Assembly: GCA_040756905.1 (NCBI GenBank)
Contig: JBFLYD010000009.1
Location: 4,854-68,853 of the forward strand
Length of the DNA: 64,000 nt
Reading direction: 5' to 3'
From: Acidobacteriota bacterium
GTDB taxonomy: Bacteria > Acidobacteriota > Aminicenantia > JBFLYD01
The notes under the pieces are model-generated. The model was not told the DNA's origin, made no database searches, and saw only the letters and a list, made by a program, of their open reading frames with translations. The first letter of the stretch is position 1. Every line of letters begins with the position of its first letter. Position numbers and translations under genes: made by a program. This document shows, piece after piece, positions 26,742 through 35,652 of this stretch.

Positions 26742-28213
26742 ATTTGCGAATTCCTCCAGTATAAAAATTGAAAAGAAGATAAATATAACAATCTTTTTGG
26801 ACTTATTGGGAAGAATTTTGGATAATTCCTTGTTAAATCATAGGGAAAAATTTCAATTTTAAATGGAGAATTTATTTCATGCCCCTGAATGCTACCAATT
26901 AATTTGGTTTCATTTTCAAAAATGATTTTTTCAGATATTAAATTTGCATCTACAGTGGTCTTTCCTTTTTCATTCTCTATTTTTATAATACCCTCTTTCT
27001 TTTCGAAGTTAAAAAAGTCCCTTCCTGACACAAATATCCCCAGGATACCCTTACTCTTATCATAGAAAGGAAAATCCTTTTCCCATCTTAATCCTTTTCC
27101 CGTTATGTCGGATTTTATTGTAATTTTGTCAGAGGCAGCTATTGTAATATTTGAGTCCTGAGTTAAAGATTCTATTGGCTCGTCTTGATAAAAAACAGGA
27201 ATTCCTTGGGGATTTATGGTACCTCCACCCAGAGCATTTACTTTTCCATTAATTATGATTATTTCTTCAGGCACTCCATTTAATTCTGCCCTGGTTGCGG
27301 GTTCAGAAAAGATTGTTTTATTTTCCTTTTTACTGTATTTTAAAACCCAGATTTTATCTTTTTGAAAAAATCCTATTACCTGGAATGACTCGTCAATGGC
27401 AAGAATTATCGAATCAAGATCCCCTTCGCAGAATATTCCTCCCATTCCATCCTGATTTTCAATCAGATAAACTCCTTCCTCTGGAGGAGCATCTATTTCT
27501 TCCATTCCCAGGATCTTTCTTATCGTTCTATAATCTATGGATTCGGGAGAATTAATTTTTTTTATTTTAAGACAATTAAGGAGTTGAAAAGATGCATCTT
27601 CTGGTATAAATTTTTCTTCAAAATAAAATTTTTCTGTAAGAATTTTTTGAGGAGCTCTTATTGAAATGTTTTCATAATTTTGATGCAGATTTTTTGTGTC
27701 TTTTAAAGTAGAAAATGGAAGAAAGGAAAGAGGAATTTTTCCATCGAAAAGAATGAAAAAGCCTTTTGTCTCCCATTGAGCATTAAAGGAGAGATTCTTC
27801 CAGGATGATTTCGAGATCGATTTAAATTCGATTGTATATTGATTGAAAATCTCATTCCTTTCTTTATTTTTTGTTTTTAACTCTTGTGAACAATCCCACC
27901 TTCCCTCTCTCCATGCCTGGGAATTATGGTTTGGAAACTTTTCTCCTAAAATGCCCTCCAACAATATTACAGGATCATCGATCTCCGCTTGGTCATTTAG
28001 TTCATGGAGATTGATCTTTTCCAGATTTTGTATAAATTTATCCAGTGTATACTTCATTCCTGCTTCAGAAAGGAAATTTAAGATTGTTGAAGATTTTTTG
28101 AGAGAGGTGGCTTTAAACAATAAAAAAGAAGAGAATAGAGAGATTAAAATAATTGATGAAAAAAATAGAATGAATAATAAAATTAATATGTTTATCGATC
28201 CTCTTTCTCTCAT
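26738..28213 (-). CDS. Large membrane-anchored protein in the pseudopilin operon (GspK-like position).
   Basis: 491 aa with an N-terminal TM (ILILLFILFFSSIILISLF) and no cleavage motif. The gene overlaps both neighbouring pseudopilin genes. Confidence 0.45.
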   Translation of the reverse strand: MRERGSINILILLFILFFSSIILISLFSSFLLFKATSLKKSSTILNFLSEAGMKYTLDKFIQNLEKINLHELNDQAEIDDPVILLEGILGEKFPNHNSQAWREGRWDCSQELKTKNKERNEIFNQYTIEFKSISKSSWKNLSFNAQWETKGFFILFDGKIPLSFLPFSTLKDTKNLHQNYENISIRAPQKILTEKFYFEEKFIPEDASFQLLNCLKIKKINSPESIDYRTIRKILGMEEIDAPPEEGVYLIENQDGMGGIFCEGDLDSIILAIDESFQVIGFFQKDKIWVLKYSKKENKTIFSEPATRAELNGVPEEIIIINGKVNALGGGTINPQGIPVFYQDEPIESLTQDSNITIAASDKITIKSDITGKGLRWEKDFPFYDKSKGILGIFVSGRDFFNFEKKEGIIKIENEKGKTTVDANLISEKIIFENETKLIGSIQGHEINSPFKIEIFPYDLTRNYPKFFPISPKRLLYLSSFQFLYWRNSQI

Positions 28214-28905
28214 TAATATCTTTCCTTTGAAAGAAAAAGATTTTTTGCGAAGTAAGTAAATTTTAATGATTCTGAAGGATTGATAGTTATTTTTACACTT
28301 AACAATTTAAAATCTTCATTGAACTCAAAAATAGCCTCTTCAATGTTTTCTATAAGTGGTTGGAAATATCCACCATTTTCCGAATATTTCAAAACTTTCT
28401 GATCTTGATAAAATTTGTAATCTATCGTTTCAATGAGAAATATCTCCGCTGTGCTTTTTAAGTAAGTATTTTTCAAATTATCGTATAATATTAAAAAATT
28501 TTTTCCTTTTGATTTTATTTTATTTATTTCTCTATTGAGAAAATCATATATTAATATTTCTCTATTTTCTTTAAAAAATGATGAATCCTCCACGTAGATT
28601 ATGTTCTGACCTGAGAGAATTTCTCTGGAAGGAAAAGTAGAATATTCAGCAAATTTTATTTTTAATGATTTTTTTTCTACGGAGAGAGAACCATCGGAAT
28701 ATCTTAAATTCATTCCAGCCTTTGATACATCAAGTTTTATTTTTTCGAGGGAGAGAAATAAAGAAGAATTTTTTTCTTCATTCTTTTTTATCAAACTTAG
28801 ATTTTTTATGGAAAAATTAATGAAAGTTGAAAAAAGATAGAAAATGAAAATTGAGATTGAAAATGAGACTAAAAGCTCTAAGAGACTAAAACCTTTCTGT
28901 TTCAT
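28213..28905 (-). CDS. Prepilin-type N-terminal domain protein (minor pseudopilin).
   Basis: MKQKGFSLLELLVSFSISIFIF. Confidence 0.55.
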   Translation of the reverse strand: MKQKGFSLLELLVSFSISIFIFYLFSTFINFSIKNLSLIKKNEEKNSSLFLSLEKIKLDVSKAGMNLRYSDGSLSVEKKSLKIKFAEYSTFPSREILSGQNIIYVEDSSFFKENREILIYDFLNREINKIKSKGKNFLILYDNLKNTYLKSTAEIFLIETIDYKFYQDQKVLKYSENGGYFQPLIENIEEAIFEFNEDFKLLSVKITINPSESLKFTYFAKNLFLSKERY

Positions 28906-29310
28906 TTAGAATCCTATATTTTTTGAGATATATTTCATCAATAAAACTTTTCTTTCTTCTGATTTTTCTGGAAATGCCTCAACTTCTATCATTATTAGAT
29001 TTTCATCCAATTGTTTGATTTTTATCCTATTGATGATGGGACATTTAAATGAAAATATACTTAATTTTTCGATTTCTTCTGATTTTTCAAGTATGGGAGA
29101 GCCTATCTGTATTTCTTCAATTTTATTTCTTGCGCATTCTAAAAGAAAAAGATTTTCTTTTGAATTTTTTTCGATTAATTTGTTATGAGCAATTGTTCTT
29201 AAAAAAACGAGAAAACAGATGATAAATAAAGAAAATACCATAAGAGTTTCAATTAAACTAAATCCTTTCTTATTTCCCATCATATTTTTTAAAAGCAAAG
29301 AAGATGCCAT
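28906..29310 (-). CDS. Prepilin-type N-terminal domain protein (minor pseudopilin).
   Basis: KKGFSLIETLMVFSLFIICFLVFL. Confidence 0.6.
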   Translation of the reverse strand: MASSLLLKNMMGNKKGFSLIETLMVFSLFIICFLVFLRTIAHNKLIEKNSKENLFLLECARNKIEEIQIGSPILEKSEEIEKLSIFSFKCPIINRIKIKQLDENLIMIEVEAFPEKSEERKVLLMKYISKNIGF

Positions 29311-29383
29311 TTTGTAATTTGCTGATATATAAGTATTTATTAAATTAAGGTTAGAATTTTAAGTTAACTTTTGTTAACCTAGG

Positions 29384-29427
29384 GTCGTGTCACTTAGTCT
29401 CCTTTTGTTGCTCTTTTGTGACACGAC
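29384..29427 (-). terminator. Perfect 10-bp inverted repeat (gtcgtgtcac / gtgacacgac) with a 24-nt loop between convergent ends of adjacent minus-strand genes; possible terminator or regulatory hairpin.
   Basis: Read directly from the sequence. No clear U-tract follows. Confidence 0.3.
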
Positions 29428-29436
29428 ACTTGATTA

Positions 29437-29982
29437 TTATCTTATCCATCCCGGAAGTGCCCCAGCTTTTCTCGCCTTTTCCGGGAGTTCATCGAGTTCT
29501 TTTTTTGCTTTCGCTAAATCATCCTTTGCTTTTTCCAATTTTTCTGTTGTTTCCTGAATTCTGAATTGAACCTGTTCTCTCTGGTAAGGGTCGTCCAAAG
29601 CATAGAAATCCATCCAGAGGCTGTTCAACTTTGTTTGGAGTAAATCTGCATATTCTTGAGCTTTTCGATATTTTTCTTCAAGCTCTTTTTTCAGGTTTCT
29701 CCAGTAAGCTTCATCCTTTTTTTCCGATTGATTTTCTTGAGATTCTTTTGTTTCTTCTTTTATTCCATAAATTTCTAAATTCTGATAGATATTTTGAATT
29801 ATATTGATTTCCCTTTTTGATTCTCTCTTTAAAATTTCATTCGTGATTATTCTGGCTTTTTCTTTGACTTTCTCCCTTCGCTCTTTTTCATTTTTTGCCA
29901 CATCAACAATGCTTTGAGAAAAGAGGAGAGCTGGGGCTATAAAGCCAAAAAATATCCTTAAAGAAAAATTCTTAAATTTCAT
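29437..29982 (-). CDS. Secreted coiled-coil protein, function unknown.
   Basis: Signal peptide followed by K/E-rich heptad-like sequence. 181 aa. Confidence 0.5.
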   Translation of the reverse strand: MKFKNFSLRIFFGFIAPALLFSQSIVDVAKNEKERREKVKEKARIITNEILKRESKREINIIQNIYQNLEIYGIKEETKESQENQSEKKDEAYWRNLKKELEEKYRKAQEYADLLQTKLNSLWMDFYALDDPYQREQVQFRIQETTEKLEKAKDDLAKAKKELDELPEKARKAGALPGWIR

Positions 29983-30012
29983 TCAAAAGAATTATCCAAA
30001 AAATATTTTATC

Positions 30013-30255
30013 CTATTTAATATTCAGGAGTTCATCGAGTTTTTTTCTGTCAAATCCTATTATTGGCTGGCTATTAACAACAATAACGGGAACCCCCGTC
30101 TGGTTCGTCATTCTTATCATCTCCATTGCTCCATTTCTATCCCGGCTCACATCAACTTCTGTGAAAGAAATGTTATTTTTCTTAAGATAATCCTTGGCCG
30201 CTGTACAAAAAGGGCATGTTGGAGTTGTGTATATCTTTACATTCTTTTCACCCAT
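30013..30255 (-). CDS. Glutaredoxin-like protein.
   Basis: 80 aa with YTTPTCPFCTAAKDYL, a CPFC thioredoxin-fold active site. Confidence 0.75.
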   Translation of the reverse strand: MGEKNVKIYTTPTCPFCTAAKDYLKKNNISFTEVDVSRDRNGAMEMIRMTNQTGVPVIVVNSQPIIGFDRKKLDELLNIK

Positions 30256-30315
30256 TTCTTCTCCTCTTATTATTTTACATTTTTATCTGGGATTTTCAAA
30301 TAGATTATTGTTATT

Positions 30316-32187
30316 TCATGGCGATAATTTATAAAGGGCTAAGAAATCTGAAATTGCCTTTTCCTTTATTTCTTCTAAAAGATCTATTCTTTCTTTATTT
30401 TCATTCGTTGATTTTAGAAATAAGATTTCATGATTAAGATAATAAATAGCCTCCTGAAATGCTGAATGATAATTTTCTCCTCTTAAATGGTCTAAAAAAG
30501 TCGATGAAACATTTCGAAGTTCAGGTTTGACAGAAGGATTCAGAAGAGAATGTAAATATTCACTCTTTGGTATTTCGTAGGCTACAATTTTATGGGTAAA
30601 TTCTGGAAATCCATCTGTTTCAAAACCCCACAAGATTCTTATCCTGTCAAAGAGGTTATTGTTTTTTATCCTTTCAAAAGCCTCAGTCCCTGGATATGGG
30701 ATAAGGAACGGGCTATTCGGGAGAATGAAAAAAGTCTCTTTAAATCTCAGTTTCATTTTCAGGATGAAGTGAAATTCTTGAAGGAATTCCCCCCAATCCG
30801 ATTCCATGTCTGAAAGTATCCAGTAATGATAATTAAGGATTTTTTTTCTATCGAGATGATTAAGAAGCCCTTCGATAATTTTTTGATTTCTTATGGATTT
30901 ATTAAGTCTTTTTGCCCGACTTTCAATAAACACATCTGTTCCAATCCACAAAAGAGGATTTTCTTTAAAATATAATTTTTTATCTGAAAGAATTTCAATC
31001 AGTTTTTTATCTGGTTCATGTCTTCTTATTAATGAGCTGATTGAAGTCTGGATCCCCCAGAGAGAAAACCCTCTTTTTTTTATTTCTTCTATAACATTTA
31101 GGAAATGGTCTAAATTCAAAAGGATGTCATCATCGTTAATGTTAACTGTGAATGCCTGAGGGTTTACTATATTCATTTTTTTTAGTCTTTCTAAAAAATT
31201 GTCGATCCATCTTCCAACTTTTTCTGTAGTAATTGGCTTAAATTTTTTTCCATGGACATGGCTGCAGAAAATGCAGCTTCTCGGGCATCCTCTTGAAGTA
31301 TTGAGCTCAAGCCCATAATTTAAAAGTTCCTCTGGGATTTCCTCCACAGATATATCAACATTTTTCAGGTTTGGTTTGTTTATTTCGGAGAATGAGGATG
31401 AGATTAAGAGGTTTTCATTCCTGTAGAGATAACCCTTTAAATTTAAAAGATTTGATGCATTCTCCTCAGGATAGTCTAAAAATGATAGAACCTCAGGAAA
31501 TGCTTCCTCTGCTTCTCCTCTTATGATTAAATTTGCTTCTTGAAGATGGGAAGACACTGCTAAGGGAGAAAGAGTTGCCATAGGTCCTCCAACAGCGATT
31601 TTATTTTTAAATCTTCTCTTTAAATGGGAAATTGCTTTTGAGACAGGAAAAAAAAGGTCATCGTAAAGAGGAAAACCTATCCAGTCAAAATTATTGAGTG
31701 TATCCTCTTCGATTGAAAATCTGGGATAGGGTTCGTATAAAATCTCTGAAAGAGTGATTTTTACATTGTGCCCTTTTTTGTTCAGAGAATCTGCTAAAAA
31801 AAGAAGTCCAGGAGGAGCACTCATCGACCTCCATCTAAAATCAGTTTTTAGATAAGGAAAAATTAATAGGATGTTTTTGTTTGTCTTAATTGGACTGTTA
31901 GTTTTAAAAATATCATTTTCAATTTTTTCTGTTTTTATAGAAAGTTCATTAACAAATTGAGTTAATTTGTTTAGAGGTAATCTGGCACGCTCAAGAGGGA
32001 TTTTTAATCTTATAAATTTTTGAGATGAAATTACTTCTGGAGAATCCTTTTCACATATAATGATATTCCCATGGACAGGAAGATTTTCTTTGAATATGTT
32101 GTTTAAAGCTAAAAGTATCCTTAATGGAATACAATGGTGAACTCTGATTTTTTCCCATTTTATAATCCATTTTCCATGGAATGCCAT
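30316..32187 (-). CDS. B12-binding domain radical SAM protein.
   Basis: Radical SAM cluster motif TSRGCPRSCIFCSH (CxxxCxxC) and an upstream B12-binding-like region (ILLIFPY...SAPPGLLFLADSL). 623 aa. Confidence 0.7.
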   Translation of the reverse strand: MAFHGKWIIKWEKIRVHHCIPLRILLALNNIFKENLPVHGNIIICEKDSPEVISSQKFIRLKIPLERARLPLNKLTQFVNELSIKTEKIENDIFKTNSPIKTNKNILLIFPYLKTDFRWRSMSAPPGLLFLADSLNKKGHNVKITLSEILYEPYPRFSIEEDTLNNFDWIGFPLYDDLFFPVSKAISHLKRRFKNKIAVGGPMATLSPLAVSSHLQEANLIIRGEAEEAFPEVLSFLDYPEENASNLLNLKGYLYRNENLLISSSFSEINKPNLKNVDISVEEIPEELLNYGLELNTSRGCPRSCIFCSHVHGKKFKPITTEKVGRWIDNFLERLKKMNIVNPQAFTVNINDDDILLNLDHFLNVIEEIKKRGFSLWGIQTSISSLIRRHEPDKKLIEILSDKKLYFKENPLLWIGTDVFIESRAKRLNKSIRNQKIIEGLLNHLDRKKILNYHYWILSDMESDWGEFLQEFHFILKMKLRFKETFFILPNSPFLIPYPGTEAFERIKNNNLFDRIRILWGFETDGFPEFTHKIVAYEIPKSEYLHSLLNPSVKPELRNVSSTFLDHLRGENYHSAFQEAIYYLNHEILFLKSTNENKERIDLLEEIKEKAISDFLALYKLSP

Positions 32188-33236
32188 TAATTTTTAATGA
32201 TGTATTCAATAATAGCATCTGTCATTTCTTCTGTTCCAACGAAATTCTCTGGGTTTATATCTTTTGTTACCTTTTTACCCTCTTTCAATACTGATAAAAC
32301 AGCATTTTCAATTTTTTTTGATGCTTCAATTTCACCTAAATATTCCAGCATCATCGATGATGCCAAAATCATTGCACATGGGTTTGCGATATTTTTCCCG
32401 GCTATGTCAGGAGCACTTCCATGGGCTGTCTCAAAAATAGCAATTTCATATCCAATGTTAGCTCCAGGTGCAAAACCCAGGCCTCCGATCAGGCCAGCAG
32501 CTAAATCAGAGAGAATATCTCCGAAAAGATTTGTGGTAACTATGACATCAAATTGATTCGGGTTCAAAACCATCTGCATACACATGTTGTCAATAATTTT
32601 ATCTTCGCATTCGATTTCTGGGTAGTCTTTGCAAATGTTTTTAGCTATCTCGAGGAAAAGTCCGCTTGTAAATTTAAGTATGTTTGCCTTATGGACAATC
32701 GTTACTTTTTTTCTTTGTTTTTTTCTTGCGTAATCATAAGCAGCTTTTATGATTCTTTCTGAGCCTGTTCTTGTTACAATTCCAATTGTTTCTGCAGCGC
32801 TTCGAGCTGCATCGATGTAATGTTCAACTCCACTGTAAAACTCTTCTGTATTCTCCCGGAATATGACAAGGTCAACATTTTCATACCTGCTTTTTACTCC
32901 CTGAAATGATTTAACAGGCCTCAAATTAATAAAGAGGTCAAGTTCTTTTCTTAAAGCTACATTGGCGCTTCTAAACCCTGAACCAACCGGAGTTGTAAGA
33001 GGTCCTTTCAGAGCTACTTTGTTTCTTTTAATGGATTCAAGTGTTTCTTCTGGTAATGGGTCTTTATGTCTTTCTATTCCTTGAATTCCTGCTTCAACTA
33101 CTTCCCAGTCTATCTTAACACCAGTGGCTTCAATAACTCTCTTTGCTGCATCGGTTATACTCGGTCCGATGCCATCTCCCGGGATTAAAGTAACAATAGT
33201 CATCTTCTCTCCTTTTTCAAATTTTATAGCTTCCAA
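32187..33236 (-). CDS. Isocitrate/homoisocitrate/3-isopropylmalate dehydrogenase family enzyme (NAD-dependent beta-decarboxylating dehydrogenase).
   Basis: IPGDGIGPSI, NLFGDILSDLAAGLIGGLGFAPGANIG and the HGSAPDIAGK signature motifs. Confidence 0.8.
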   Translation of the reverse strand: MEAIKFEKGEKMTIVTLIPGDGIGPSITDAAKRVIEATGVKIDWEVVEAGIQGIERHKDPLPEETLESIKRNKVALKGPLTTPVGSGFRSANVALRKELDLFINLRPVKSFQGVKSRYENVDLVIFRENTEEFYSGVEHYIDAARSAAETIGIVTRTGSERIIKAAYDYARKKQRKKVTIVHKANILKFTSGLFLEIAKNICKDYPEIECEDKIIDNMCMQMVLNPNQFDVIVTTNLFGDILSDLAAGLIGGLGFAPGANIGYEIAIFETAHGSAPDIAGKNIANPCAMILASSMMLEYLGEIEASKKIENAVLSVLKEGKKVTKDINPENFVGTEEMTDAIIEYIIKN

Positions 33237-33329
33237 ATGTATTTATCAATTATTTAGGATTGGTTGACCATCTATTATTTTTATGTTAATGGACTATTTA
33301 GAGGAAAATTAAAGAGAAAAAAATAGAAA

Positions 33330-34982
33330 ATGGATAAAAATTTCAATTCAGAGAAGAGAAAATCCTTAAATTTTCTTTTAAATAAAAAATACAAACATAA
33401 AATTGTAATAATTCTTTCAATCCTTTGCTTTCTTTATTTTTGCCCTGGAATTATCTACTCAGAAGAGAAGAAAACCCTTCCACCAAAATACAAAAAATGG
33501 CTCGATGAGGAAGTAGTTTACATTATAACACCAAAGGAGAGGGAGATATTTTTAAAACTTGAATCTGATGAAATGAGGGATAAATTTATTGAGGAGTTCT
33601 GGAGACAGAGAGACCCAACATCTGGAACTCCAAAGAATGAATTTAAAGAGGAACATTACAGAAGAATAGATTATGCAAATAAATGGTTTGGAAGGCACGC
33701 CTCAAGACCTGGATGGATGACTGACCAGGGAAGAATATATATAATATTGGGAGAACCAATTGAGAGGAAAAGGTTCGATGCAGAACAAGAGGTTTATCCG
33801 TGCGAGTTATGGTTTTACTCTGGAGATGTAAGACTTGGTCTTGAACCTTTCTTTTATATACTTTTTTATAGAAGATTTGGAGCAGGAGAATATAAACTTT
33901 ACAGCCCAACGGTCGATGGAAGAGAAAGATTGATTAAAGATGAAATCTTGTTAACAGAACCGGTTCTAACAAAGTTAAAACGCGATTTCGATCCCTTACA
34001 TAAAATAGATTATGACCTCTATTTAGCATCACTATCTCTTATACCACAACCAGGAGGAAAGATAAAAAGTCCTATGGAATCGGATAAATTGCTAGCAAAC
34101 ATTCCACTTTATCCTCATAAGCTCATAAAAGATGAATATGTAGATGAATTCTTAAAGACTGAAGGAAAGGTGGAGGTAGATTACTCAGTAAATTTAATCT
34201 CAGGAACACTTCAAACAGAAATGATAGAAGATGAAAAAGGAAACTATTTTCTCCACTACTCATTTTCCCCAAAATCCCTCTCTTTAATCTCCTATGAGGA
34301 TAAATACTCCGCCCACTGGAGAGTAAACGGAACAATTAAAACTCAGGATGGAAAAACAACATACCAGATAGATGAAGAATCTTCAATTGAGCTTACAAAA
34401 AAAGACATAAAAATAGCAAGAACACATCCTTTCTCCTATGAAAGTTTTCTGCCCCTTTCTCCGGGAAAATATATACTGAATATTCTCTTTCAGAACACAG
34501 TCTCAAAAGAATTTGTTCCCTTTGAAAGGGTAATCCTCATAGAGGATAAAGAAGAAAGAATAAACAACTTGGTATTAGGATATGATATAAAAAAAGATAC
34601 TGAAAAGGATGTAAAAAAACCATTTAAAATAGATAATCAGAGAATCTATCCTTCAATTGAAAATTTATTTTCAGAGAAAGATAAACTCATCATATTCACC
34701 CAGCTAAGGAAAAAAGAAGGATATGAGGAGAACTTGAAATTAGTGCTTAAGATAAACAAATCTGATGAGGCTTTATGGAGAAAAGATTTAGAGATCTGGG
34801 ATACTCCTTCTCTTTTAAATGTATTTGAATCGCTCTCTCTTGAGAAATTCTCTCCTGGAAAATACACAATAATTGTAACTTTTTTTAAAAAAGAAAAGGT
34901 AATTGATTCAAAGGAGGAGGAGTTTTCAATACAGAAAGAAAGAGTTCCCAGACAGTGGATAATTTCAAAAATCTGGAAATAA
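33330..34982 (+). CDS. GWxTD domain-containing protein.
   Basis: N-terminal TM/signal, then WRQRDP...RPGWMTDQGRIYIILGEP containing the GWxTD motif. 550 aa. Confidence 0.65.
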   Translation: MDKNFNSEKRKSLNFLLNKKYKHKIVIILSILCFLYFCPGIIYSEEKKTLPPKYKKWLDEEVVYIITPKEREIFLKLESDEMRDKFIEEFWRQRDPTSGTPKNEFKEEHYRRIDYANKWFGRHASRPGWMTDQGRIYIILGEPIERKRFDAEQEVYPCELWFYSGDVRLGLEPFFYILFYRRFGAGEYKLYSPTVDGRERLIKDEILLTEPVLTKLKRDFDPLHKIDYDLYLASLSLIPQPGGKIKSPMESDKLLANIPLYPHKLIKDEYVDEFLKTEGKVEVDYSVNLISGTLQTEMIEDEKGNYFLHYSFSPKSLSLISYEDKYSAHWRVNGTIKTQDGKTTYQIDEESSIELTKKDIKIARTHPFSYESFLPLSPGKYILNILFQNTVSKEFVPFERVILIEDKEERINNLVLGYDIKKDTEKDVKKPFKIDNQRIYPSIENLFSEKDKLIIFTQLRKKEGYEENLKLVLKINKSDEALWRKDLEIWDTPSLLNVFESLSLEKFSPGKYTIIVTFFKKEKVIDSKEEEFSIQKERVPRQWIISKIWK

Positions 34983-35057
34983 ATTCTTAAATTTTCTTTA
35001 AATGTGTGATACTATTTTATTGCGTTATGAAATGACAGAGGAACAAGACAAAACAAA

Positions 35058-35453
35058 TTATTTTTTGTGAACGGAGACATAAACTTTTCTTGTGCGTGGA
35101 CCATCGAATTCGCAAAGAAAAATTCCCTGCCATGTTCCAAGCGCCAGCTTGCCATCTTTGACCAAAATAATTTCAGATTGACCTAGAATGCTTGCTTTTA
35201 TATGGGCTGGAGAATTTCCTTCTCCATGGCTGTATGGAGCATTGTCAGGAACAATTTTTCTAAGACCATAGAGAATATCCCTTACAACATCAGGGTCAGC
35301 ATTTTCATTTATCGTAATCCCTGCAGTTGTATGAGGTATAAATACTATACAGAGTCCTTCCTTAACCTCATCTTCTGAAATTGCTTTCTGGACAAGAGGA
35401 GTTATATCCACAAACTCTTCTTTTGCCCTTGTTTTGACTTCAAGTATTTTCAT
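35058..35453 (-). CDS. YjbQ-family protein (UPF0047; secondary thiamine-phosphate synthase-like).
   Basis: 131 aa with CIVFIPHTTAGITINENADPDV...HIKASILGQS, typical of YjbQ. Confidence 0.8.
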   Translation of the reverse strand: MKILEVKTRAKEEFVDITPLVQKAISEDEVKEGLCIVFIPHTTAGITINENADPDVVRDILYGLRKIVPDNAPYSHGEGNSPAHIKASILGQSEIILVKDGKLALGTWQGIFLCEFDGPRTRKVYVSVHKK

Positions 35454-35587
35454 CTGTCAATAATTTTAATTTTTTTCACTTCATTAATAAATTATATCTC
35501 CTGAAATACAATTAAGTACCCTTTGATAAAAAAATTTTATATGAATATTTCTAAAAAATGAAGTTTTAATTAATATTTTTATGTTTA

Positions 35588-35616
35588 TTGACATCAATTT
35601 TTTGCTTTGATAAAGA
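35588..35616 (+). promoter_or_regulatory. Candidate sigma70-type promoter for the aldehyde dehydrogenase gene.
   Basis: TTGACA, 17 nt spacer, TAAAGA. A GGAGGAGGA RBS sits before the ATG at 35653. Confidence 0.3.
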
Positions 35617-35652
35617 CTAAATATGTAATCTCCCTTTAGAGGAGGAGGATAA

